64,000 nucleotides of DNA from Phoronis australis (Eukaryota > Animalia > Phoronida), in the NCBI GenBank assembly GCA_002633005.1, contig NMRA01000001.1, forward strand, positions 1,149,755 through 1,213,754, written 5' to 3'. Shown piece by piece: positions 54,501-64,000 of the stretch; position 1 is the stretch's first letter; every line of letters begins with the position of its first letter. Below the pieces are notes generated by a model that worked only from the letters and a program-made list of their open reading frames with translations, did no database searches and was not told the DNA's origin. Both the position numbers and the translations under genes were made by a program.

Positions 54501-55870
54501 CCAAACACAGGTAATACATACTATTAGTTACATTGTGAGAGGTCAGGTCATTGTCTTGTGGTGTTCTCAGCAATGATAGTACTATCCAGTGAAATCTTGT
54601 GAGGTCACATGCTCTCTTTGTTTTGTGACAAACATGCCGAATACTACCCCTAATCAGGGATGCATTGCGTGATGCAAGACTCCCATGAGACTCTTGTGCC
54701 AAAAAATCTGCTTAAAGCAGAACTTATTTTTCCCATAAAACAACTTACCAGCCTCACCCACCAATCACTGTTGTGGTGGCCATTTTGCCAGTCCGCACTA
54801 TATAAGGTTCTGAACGTTCTCACAAGGCACTCGCTTATCACATGATTGTACTTGGTTTTGTGTGATCTTACTTTTTGGCAAGAAGTTTGATCAACAGAAC
54901 ACGCCCCTGAGTGCACTCCTGGTTTAACTGTGATGCGGTTGCAAAAACACTATTTCGATTCTTAAAATGATCATACTGTTCATCAGTAGAAAAAAGTCCT
55001 TGGTATTGGAACTGAAAGTGCGTTGGATTGGAATACCTTAAATGAAATTCATGATCGTGTGCCATCCAGTTTTGAAATTGTAGGAGTATTAAATATAACT
55101 GTGATTTGAGTCACGGCTTGCAGTAAATAACTGTATCAGCAGTTTACTGGTCTCTATTGTCTTGATGATTTGTGATTGTCACTATTCACTGAACTGATTA
55201 GAGTCAGATTGAGGTTCAGGACCATTTTTCATATCTGCGCATCTCCATATTATATTACTCTGCATGCGTGCACCCAGGGGGGCCTCCAGGGGCTCAAACG
55301 AGCCCGCCCATTTGGCGAAGTGAGCAAAAAGGTCCGCCTTCAAGAAATAAAAAATCCGAAAAAGTAGAAAACGCGACAAAAGTCCACTAAAAGGCAACAT
55401 TAAACTACCAAAATTGTGCGAATGCTCAATTCATATCTCTGAATGTACCGTTTTTTGTTGTTTTTTAGTAAAAGTGACACCATTAATTCTCAAAACTTCA
55501 ACCCCCCATTTTTTAGACTGGGTGCGCGCATGCTCCCTGCTCAGCTGAATATTGGTAAAACTTTAGATACCTTAACTGATGATGAATCGAAGTGAAGTGA
55601 AGTAGGACATTGCATTCATATGTTGAGTTCACCTAACTGTTTCATTTCGGTGTGCGCCTACTAATATAACGCATGTTACCTGTTGCAGCCCCATCGTGGT
55701 TGTTGACATATGGTTGTAACCAGAGGTCAAGACATGAACTGACAATCATGCAGCCAGAGTCGTACCACGACAAGATGGTTGAAGAGAGACAGCTGTTACA
55801 TAATGTCTACTACAGGCGAGCAAAAACATCGCTAGGCCAGGCATTTATTACGTTACCTCTAGAGGACTAA
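36513..55870 (+). CDS. Inversin-like ankyrin-repeat protein with IQ motif and charged/coiled C-terminal tail (multi-exon)
   Basis: Phase-consistent exons: 36507-36608, 40050-40302, 40826-41068, 41367-41441, 44126-44324, 45046-45179, 46035-46204, 47026-47548, 48195-48265, 49059-49154, 50152-50357, 50732-50877, 51558-51743, 55689-55870 (TAA). About 11 ankyrin repeats (GRTALHYC, GYTPLHLA, GATPLHYAA, GRQPLLWA, GLTALHCAA, GRSPAHCAA, RRTCLHIAA) and IQ-like AASVIQR. Start codon uncertain (36513, 36393 or 36153). Confidence 0.88.
40560..40775 (+). mobile_element. tRNA-derived SINE
   Basis: Degenerate A box (tgagcagtgg) and B box GGTTCGAGTCC followed by a non-tRNA body; intronic. Confidence 0.5.
41616..41688 (-). 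mobile_element. tRNA-like SINE head or tRNA pseudogene
   Basis: A box AGCTCAGTGG, D stem GCTC/GAGC, B box GGTTCGAGTCC; anticodon loop ACGGTTA is non-canonical and the acceptor stem is broken. Confidence 0.55.
41733..43001 (-). mobile_element. Mariner (DD34D, irritans-like) transposon, full span, with frameshifted transposase
   Basis: TA on both flanks, CGAGGG termini, 1269 bp; ORF pieces with HTH (AVIKYL..GMKPTDIH), WVPRML, DETW, QDNAP, HPTYSPDLVPSDFYLF; lies in an intron of the ankyrin gene. Confidence 0.92.
43869..43947. repeat. Short hairpin / MITE remnant
   Basis: attttgagaaccagttt / aaactggttctcaaaat arms with a short spacer. Confidence 0.65.
54091..54164. repeat. Inverted pair of degenerate Penelope-type hammerhead motifs
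   Basis: Plus strand CTGATGA-AGAGCTG..CAGACTC-AAAA-GTTAG; the left arm ctagcttttcagtctg..ggctctt is its diverged reverse complement. Confidence 0.5.
55263..55532. mobile_element. MITE, CATGCGCGCACCCAG family, both ends present
   Basis: catgcgtgcacccag / ctgggtgcgcgcatg; interior cccatttggcgaagtg..caaaaaggtc shared with the 15612 copy. Confidence 0.75.
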
Positions 55871-57984
55871 TTGGCCCATACTGGATTGAACTCTTCTCTT
55901 TTGTGGAAGTAAAAAAATGAATTGCAGGGCTGATCAACTTTTCAAAGACACTCTTGAGTTGATTAACAAGGGAAGCTAATCCAGCACTGATATTTACTCT
56001 TTTTTCCGATTTATTGGTGTCTGCATTGAAACTAAGAATACAAGTTTACCTGCTTTACAATGATAAATTACGTAATAATTAGGATATGAGATTAAGTGGT
56101 ACATTTGCATACAAAGAAGCAGTACAAGTTTTTGACAGAAGTATTGCATTGTGGGTGAATACCCTACAATGAGAGTGGTGCTGTGGTATTTCAGGATGGT
56201 CTTATTACTCGTGTGTTGGTTGAATTTAGGCCCAAGTATTGCATTGTTGTATGACATTGTTCGTTGATTATGTGTGTCACTCATAGGCGCAAGTTCCTTA
56301 AAGCTCCAATCGACTTATGGCACAGACCATTGTACAGGAGTTTGTCTTAAAATGGGTGTTTTTATAGTGTCTTTTTATTCATTTTTAATGCGGTACTTTT
56401 CAAACACATAAGCTTGGATATAGATATAGCAGCTGCATATACCAGCACATGTGACTTACTGCACGCATACATGGTTGTATTTGAAAGTTAAATGGGCATT
56501 TCCTCCTGTACTCACTGCCCACAATAACAATCATAAAACAGACTGATTATCTACATTAAACTGGTTTTGACATTTCTTTGTCTTAACACAGTAATTGATT
56601 TCTATCTCAAAAAAGAATTGGGAGATCACCTGTGATTGAACGAAAGCAGCCAAGTTTGGTAGAGTCGGTCAACCATGTCACATCTGATGGTCTTTTGACA
56701 CAATTAAACACATGAGAATGAGCACTGTGGAAGATCTATTATGGATGGGGATATAATTTTCTATCCTTCCGTACTAATTACTAATGAATTTGGTTTACGA
56801 TTTGCGTTTTAGCTTGTGTGAAGGAAATGACACTTTTTGTAGTTATTTCTGATTTTGATATTGGAAATGGTCAGTTAAGATTAGCTGTTTGCCTCGGTCT
56901 ATGCGAAAATATTGTGTAATATTAACCCAGGCATGTTATTTAACCTTTAAATTTGTTAGATTCACACCTGCAGTGATCCAATTCAAGCGATTAAACTAAT
57001 TTACTTCTAATTAATACTGGCTGTTTTATTGAGTTTTATACAGAAACTCCATCTAACTTCGAAAACCAAGATTGTTTCAGTGTGTTTAAGCTTGACTTAG
57101 CGGGACTTTAAGTTACATAATTGTCAGAAAGTTTGCATTATTTCTAGATGCTATGTATAGGTACTAGTTACACTTATGAATAGGTGTATGTATAAAACCA
57201 TTACCGGCTACAAATTCTCAAATTTGTGATAGGCTCTAGAATTTGGGACACTGATATTCCAGCAGAAATTGAATTTTCTTGATTCTGAAGATTGGGACAT
57301 GGACAATTTTGGCGTTCATCGTATTTCTCAAATTTCGGACACTGCATTTTGTAACGTTTTTTCATGTGGTGAAACCAGAAGAATGTTAGTGTACATCATC
57401 ATATATCTTGTTTAGATGAATATAAGCACCTAGTGTTGTTATCGTTTGTGCAATGTCTCTTTTATACTGTTTGTAAATTTTTTATTGTTATTGTAAATTT
57501 TTGATAGTGTACTGCAAGGGGTGGAAACAACATGACCCACTGTCATGAACGCAGTTCTCTCTCATGAACACAGCTTATTGGCCCTAAAAACACAGTTCAT
57601 TGACTCACAATATTGTGCCTAGACTCAGAAACACGCCTCACCTAGTGCCAAACATGTGGTATGTACCTGTAAAACGCACCTTAAGCATACAAAAACACGA
57701 ATTCGCAAACACCTGTGGGGGCTCCATGTCCATGCACTGTGTCTGGTGATCATCAGCTGCGTTTGTGAGTCTGGAATTGCGTGTTTTTAAGTGTGTAGTC
57801 AGTGTTTTGTGAGTGTAGACTGTGTTTGGTGGATGGTGAGCTGTTTTTGCGAGTCTGTAAATTGAGTTTTGCCAAGCTTGCGAGCCATGTTCATAACTGA
57901 CAGAGGAACTTAATGTTCAGGTGTTAGACAGCATTGATGTTTGCATTTGTACAATAACTCAATAACTGACAAAGTTATTTTAGC

Positions 57985-57990
57985 AATAAA
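57985..57990 (+). promoter_or_regulatory. Candidate polyadenylation signal of the ankyrin gene
   Basis: AATAAA about 2.1 kb after the stop codon, followed by T-rich sequence. Confidence 0.35.
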
Positions 57991-58454
57991 TTTTATATAT
58001 TTTTAGTATATTCTGTGATAGAATTTTGAGTTTTGTTTAATTTCCTTCGTTTTTTGAAATTGGAAAAGGTGATAGGGAAGTTAGTTATAACTTGATTTTC
58101 ATTGTTGATGTGTTTTACTAGTGTCAGACTGGAGTGTATTTGGTTTTGACTTGGGATAAAAGGGAAAAGCATATGGACGTCTAATTACTCGAAAGATTGT
58201 CTCTTATTTTTGAAACTTTGATTGATTGAAATGTAGCATCTGAATAATTTTGAAAATTCTGTTTATGTTATTCTATTTTTACAAGTGCTGTTGGTGATGT
58301 GAAAGAATTAAAGATTAGATCGAAGTGTACATACCATGTATATTTATAGGAAATCTTGATGAGCAAGAATCTATTTACTATGCGTATTAATACAGTGTAC
58401 CTGAAGAATTAAGATCTTTACGTTTTCTATTAAAATGCCAATATGTGATCATGT

Positions 58455-59156
58455 CTAGTTTATTTTTGGTGGCTCCTTCTCGGTGGTCGTGGGTGTTGGT
58501 TTAGATTTCTTTGTGGCGCAAGTCTTCTTGTGTGCACGCTTTTCTGGCGTCTCCAGAGTTTTCATCAGTTCTTTTTGGTCCCGGCATCTCTAGAAAACAA
58601 AAAAAAACATGTTGATTAAACCAGTGTACTGGTTATTTGGCCTTTTGCTGAAAAGCGACGAGAGATAACTGGTCCCCGTTTCTATTGCCTGTGTAATTAC
58701 TAATCTGTAATTGTTTCGAACTTTGATGATAAAATTAAGGTTCCGTGTAAAGAAATATACCTTGCTAAATGTTTCAAAAATATCGGGACTTTCTTCCTGT
58801 TGCGGCGGCAGTGTGAAAACGTCTTCTTGCTTGGTCTTGACTACATTTTTCTTCGCGGGCGCTCGTTTAAGTGCTTTTTTTGTCTTTGGCTTCGACTTCT
58901 TTGAAACACGGCCAGTTTTGCCCTTAGCTTTGGGAGGCTTTGAACCTGAAACAGAAGTTTTCAATGTGAGATTATGTTCATACGGCTGTAACTGACAAGA
59001 CTTGTTTTTGAAAAACTAAATAATGCTTCTTCGTTTTTCAATTTAGTATGTGAAGATTTCGGATCAGTCTCGCCAGTTTTCTTTTTAACTTATCTCCACA
59101 ACTTCTAAGCTATCTGGCATCTACTCACATTTCCTTGAAAGTGTGCGTCGAGCCAT
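58455..59156 (-). CDS. Small Lys/Arg-rich protein (115 aa), three exons, no recognisable domain
   Basis: Exons 59156-59129 (donor GTGAGT), 58945-58761 (acceptor tttcag, donor GTATAT), 58589-58455 (acceptor ttttctag, TAG) join in frame to MARRTLSRKCSKPPKAKGKTGRVSKKSKPKTKKALKRAPAKK...EKEPPKIN. Confidence 0.7.
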
Positions 59157-60923
59157 TTCTAAGTTGTCTGCTTGCGCTGCAAAATTCAGTCGACTACAAA
59201 ATGTCCTTGGAAACGCTCTAAAACAGCTTTTGGCAACTTATTGGCTACTTAAAACGAGGTTGAATGTGATTTAAAAAGCACGTGGACATGCGTCGTGATA
59301 TAAATTTGCGTCTTGCATTTTGTTTCTTCGCCAAGATATTTACGCAGTTTTCCCGCCGTGGTTAAACGTGATTGAATAGAGGGTTGCCGCGTTCACGTCG
59401 CGTTGCTGGTGCACATGCACAGCAGGCGTGTAATTACGTCTGCACATAAAAACAATACTGCATCTACCGGCAAATTTACAGTCGGTTAGCCAATCTGAAA
59501 TATATTTTGTCATTCTCGACCTGAAAATGGGCATCAGTCAAAATGCGATATGATGACAAGTATACTTTCGAGCACACTTCCAATCCAAGCTTAGGAGCAT
59601 TTTGTTCATGCATATACTTGAAAATTATACCGAATTTTTACAAAAATATTATAAACATTGTTTTTTTACCTTCCATTTGCACCGTTTTAAAACTGCTTTG
59701 CTTACTTTACCTATATGAAAAAAGGGGGCTATTCTGATGATGCTCTTCAAAAATATTGGCCCGAATAATTTGAATTGAAACCTTTTGAAAAAATATCACC
59801 AGGATGCATAAACACTAATTTTTTCAAGATCCAAGCCAGTGATCCTAGAATCGACCGTGTAGAACGGCAGTAGTAGAATGCTAAGAAAACCCACAGATAA
59901 AGTGTACAAGGCAAATTTACCACAATCACTGACTCCTTGTGAAACACTTTTTTCACATCTGAAATGCTCCACAATATGAATGAATTTCTTTGCCCACCAC
60001 TTCTTTCCTTGCCCAACGTTTTCCCTCCTAGCTACTGCTGCCCCCCTCCCCGCCTCAACCCGCCTTATGCAGTTATACTTGTGCTATGTAAATAAACGCG
60101 GCACCTAGAAGCGATCTGACATACGAATAAATTTAAGTTATAGGTGATCATTGAAAAGAACCTGTTCATGTAGTTCGTATGCTGGGGACCTAATTCCATT
60201 TTTGATTTGCGCTCAGTGGGACTTCGCAACAGGTAAGTATGGCGGGCGTGGCCTAACTGTGTTTGTCGGCACTGCCCATTGAGTGCTTCTGATAGAACAA
60301 CGGGGATTGAATGCGCGAAGCCTCTTGTCACCTGACTTTTGTATATCCCGCCAATGAGATTCAACTGAATATTGCTATACGAACCACAAAATCACTGCTA
60401 TTGAGATAAGAGAGACGTGCGATTACTACTGCGATATACGAAACCTTTACTACTACAAGATCTATATAATATATTTTGTGGAGTGCCTGAACAAGTGGGA
60501 ATGACATTCATAGATTACCTGAACAGCTTTTGTGGATCCATCACCCAGTAAGTACTCTGCTTTTCTAACATGTGTCAAGTCAACGTTATGTTTTTTTCGA
60601 AAACGATTGTCAGGAAAACACCGGTAATTGACAACAAAAAACATAACGACGCATGCCATATGCTTGGGGGTGTGACCTTCAACAATTGTCCATTTAGGTC
60701 GATGAGCAAAAATAAAAAAGTTGGTTAAGGATAGAAAAGCCTGAGCAAAGATGTCATTCAAATGAGACAGTTTTGAAATGTGTGATTGCATTTTGACTCT
60801 TTATGTGTTTGTGATAAATTTACCGGATTTGCTTATCATTATTAAGTTTTGTTGTCAGTCTGTTGTAGATGTGCTTCCGGTGGATTATATGAGCCTCTGT
60901 TAGCTACTCGCTAACGGGCAATT

Positions 60924-60990
60924 GCCTATTAGCTGAATGGTTAGCACGCTTGCCAGTTTTATGGGGGTCGTTGGTTCGATCCCCTGGTCA
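60924..60990 (+). mobile_element. tRNA-derived SINE head
   Basis: A box TAGCTGAATGG and B box GGTTCGATCCC; no complete cloverleaf. Confidence 0.45.
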
Positions 60991-62508
60991 AGTAATCTCT
61001 GCTATTACTATAAGTCCTTCGGTAATAATTCAAGATCTGATGAGCCTTTTAATGTTTTTAAACCCGAACGCTTCGGAATTCAACATTAATGGCTAAACGT
61101 TGGCGTATCAACGTTGTTATAGTTATCGCTGACTTGCTGAAACGGCAGTTCTCGTTCAAAATATTTACTAGCTTGAGTTCCTGCAACCGAAAATGTTAAT
61201 GGTTTATTTTGATAGGGCTTCATCACAAAACGTGAACGAACACAGTAGTTTTCAAATGTTTTTGCAACCATAATGGAAAGCGTTGTGGAAATTTATTGCA
61301 AACCATGCCTAGAATACATGTCATGGCTCGTGAGCATTCCAGAGCTAGGTTTAAATAGTCCTTTCTGACAATAGTTTAAACGAGACATGGCGACTGTTGG
61401 ACTACGTCAGTGATAAAAGAAGAATTAATCCGGGTCTCTGAAGTCCAAAATACATGAAAGACTCGGCAAAAATGCAAAAAATGACGTCCTGCTCAATCTT
61501 TTTGTAGAGTAAAACAAAAATTAATTCAACAATAAAGTAAAGCCACCGATAATAGATTTCCACGATGATTTAAATTGAGGCGAAAAAGGCCACGCAGAAC
61601 AAAATCTTGAACGGACAAAAATATTTAAATTCATCACGTCACGACCATAACTTATCATTTAAATCATTCTGTGCCATAATCGCATGAATTGTATGCTAAT
61701 CGCAGTAAATGTCAGTGAAAATTTCAATATTTGTTTTCGCTGAAACATGATCAGCACCCTTTAAAATTCCAAAATGCCGTTGCTTGGAACCAATCGTTGT
61801 TTTTATATGTTTTCCCTAACATTTTACCTTTTCATATAATTGCTCCAAAAGTGCTTTGGAAAAGCGCACAATAAAGAGCACAGACTACTGATAAAACAGT
61901 AGCACACTCAAACGTGTAGACCGACTCTCTTCGAATTTTGCATTACCCCAACGATAAGCGGTTACCGAAACTGCAGGAACTGACTCAGACCCATGCGGGA
62001 CTTTGAGCCGGCCCGAAACATAAGCCGTACTGGCCAATGTCTCTATATACCGCTGGGCACAGAGATCACCACACTTAAGTTCACTACTGATTTTATACTT
62101 ACTGTGCTAGAATTTTTTTCGAGAAGCCCGGCTATCGTTTAGCCTTTAATGTCCGGGACACATTGTTTGGACCTAAAACTTTTTGACAAAGGTTCGGTTC
62201 AATAACGCTAGGACCTCACTAAAAAGCAAGACTTCGCAGATTATGTGAGATATTGTCATGTAGGCCTATTTTAAATTAGAACGCCCCATTTTGGCTAGAT
62301 TTTAGCAAGGTCCTAGCGTACGTCCTGGCCAGTGAAGTTGGCCTCGGGATGACGCGTTCACAATTTTAAAAAAATTTGGTACCCGTTTTTTTTAGTCATC
62401 CAGCTTTTTTGTTAACAAAAGGTCCACTTGGTCAGAAATTCGAGCCCCCCCCTTCCCCCAAACTAAAGGCTTGGTGCGCGCATGTGTTGTAACCCATGTT
62501 GTTTTATT

Positions 62509-62649
62509 CATGGGCGGCTCACCATAGGGGTCTGGGGGGCTATAGCCCATTTTTTCAGTGCTATGGGGCCCATGGTCTATAGGCGGTGCACCACAGGGTG
62601 GCTAGGGGGCATTAGTCCCTCACTTTTTTTCAGTGCTGCGCCGCCCATG
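62509..62649. mobile_element. MITE with CATG termini and 5-bp target duplication
   Basis: TIRs CATGGGCGGC / GCCGCCCATG with TTATT on both flanks. Confidence 0.75.
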
Positions 62650-62825
62650 TTATTGTAACGAACACCAGCCCCTTTAGGATCTACGGTTTCCTGATAGGAA
62701 CATTGCCCGTGCGCAGGGCGCTAGTGCGACTACTACGCGGCCTGTTAGTCGATTCAGGTGTTAATTTCTGCTGAGCTATAGCATTCAGCAATTCAGTGCT
62801 CCAGTGGCACCATAGATATAATCTA

Positions 62826-63127
62826 CAGTGACCGGGATCTACTGGGGGGTTCAGGGGGTTTAACCCCCCCCCTTGGGGGCCAGGACCCAAAAATAAAAAA
62901 AAAAAAAACGTCTCCAGCAAAACAAAAACGGCACCGCTAGCGTGTGTAAACTCCAAATAAACCAACTCGAAAAAATTGAGGGGGGGTTCACTCTGAAAAT
63001 ATAATTTTTTGCATTGTGAATTGCTGAGTCTTCGTGGCTCATCGGCAAAACGAGGGGTGATCAATTGTTCGCGCGCTTCCGTCGACACTTCTGAAGTAGC
63101 CAAGCATTTTAGATGGATCCACCGCTG
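62826..63127. mobile_element. hAT-like MITE
   Basis: cagtgaccggatct ... ggatccaccgctg termini; G/C-run interior like 25622-25776. Confidence 0.55.
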
Positions 63128-64000
63128 AAAGAGCAGTTCTATAGCTGATTTTTTTTAGGTAACTAGCGTCTATACTCTAAGATATGTTTTGATTTGAATA
63201 GGGGAAATACCGTGATGCCGCAACACTGATATTCAGGCGAATTGACATGCAACGGTTTTACCTCATCTGTCATACCGTGTCATTCTATTACACTCCACAC
63301 GTTTCTAACTGATGTTGTCTCGCGCAATATCATACAGTGAACATGTACATGTAATATTTTTGAAAAAAATCTTTTTCCGAAGAATTGCTATTGTGGCAGG
63401 CGCCGTGGTCTGGTCGCGAGTCCGTTTGAAGATACACTCTAACAAGTTATGTCTATACAAGGAATGACCAAGTGAGCACTCACATTGACAAAGTGACCGC
63501 ATTCGCAAACAGTGTACAGTACCAGAAATTGCGGGGAAGCTGTTCTTTCACAACAAAGTCTTGAGGGACTCGTGCGATGTTCAATAGGCCTCCTAAGGAG
63601 CCCTAGTTCCGACCTCAACACCTACCGTCTCTCTACCTGCAATAAGCACACTACTGTCTTCTATACTGGGAATTTCCGCAGAAACCCCCACCCGGTGAAA
63701 CGCTCATGTCCATGGGCATTTATTTGATGTTAGTACTTCGGGTTTCAAGCGTTCAGACTTTGGGACGTTTATTTTGAAAATTGCAAGAGATGCAAATAGG
63801 TCCTGGGATACATCGTCAAGGTTTGAAGTAGTCCATGATGAACAGCTCAAATTTAGTTGTGCATGTTAGTCTTTTGAATGGACTTGGCAACCTCAAGGGT
63901 CTTAGTGCCAACTGAGCTGCGAAACGAGATGCTGACATTGGGCTTACAAGCTCATTGACACAGCAGTTGACGAAGTGCAAGCGTTGGGAACAAACGTCGA

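Noticed and set aside
59860-60000. Zinc-finger-like peptide (KKCFTRSQ) on the minus strand
   Set aside because: Too short, interrupted by stops, no repeat spacing
60462-60791. 109-aa ORF or possible exon ending at a GTAATC donor
   Set aside because: No recognisable domain and no partner exons could be joined
61036-61075. CTGATGAG hammerhead-like start after the SINE head
   Set aside because: No stem II and no GAAA
63300-64000. Coding-like sequence at the right edge
   Set aside because: Frames are interrupted by stops and show no identifiable motif; needs the neighbouring window

Overview
Eukaryotic (animal, probably marine invertebrate) genomic DNA: AT-rich, with GT-AG introns and many transposon fossils. 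Genes assembled by hand from splice sites and reading phase: (1) a minus-strand multi-exon kelch-repeat gene (ATG 7433, runs off the left edge); (2) two tandem intronless class A GPCR paralogues (minus, 14149-15189 and 20615-21610); (3) a plus-strand inversin-like ankyrin-repeat + IQ gene of about 14 coding exons (36.5-55.9 kb); (4) a small three-exon gene for a 115-aa Lys/Arg-rich protein with no recognisable domain (minus, 58455-59156). Mobile DNA includes a decayed L1/Tx1-type LINE, a decayed CR1/L2-type LINE, a near full-length irritans-type mariner in an intron, tRNA-derived SINE heads and many MITEs, some with 5- or 6-bp target duplications. Penelope-type minimal hammerhead ribozyme motifs lie in two introns. 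No prokaryotic systems or CRISPR arrays are present. The best leads are the orphan basic protein, the hammerhead motifs, a possible myristoylated first exon of the ankyrin gene, and the CNxP-variant GPCR pair.
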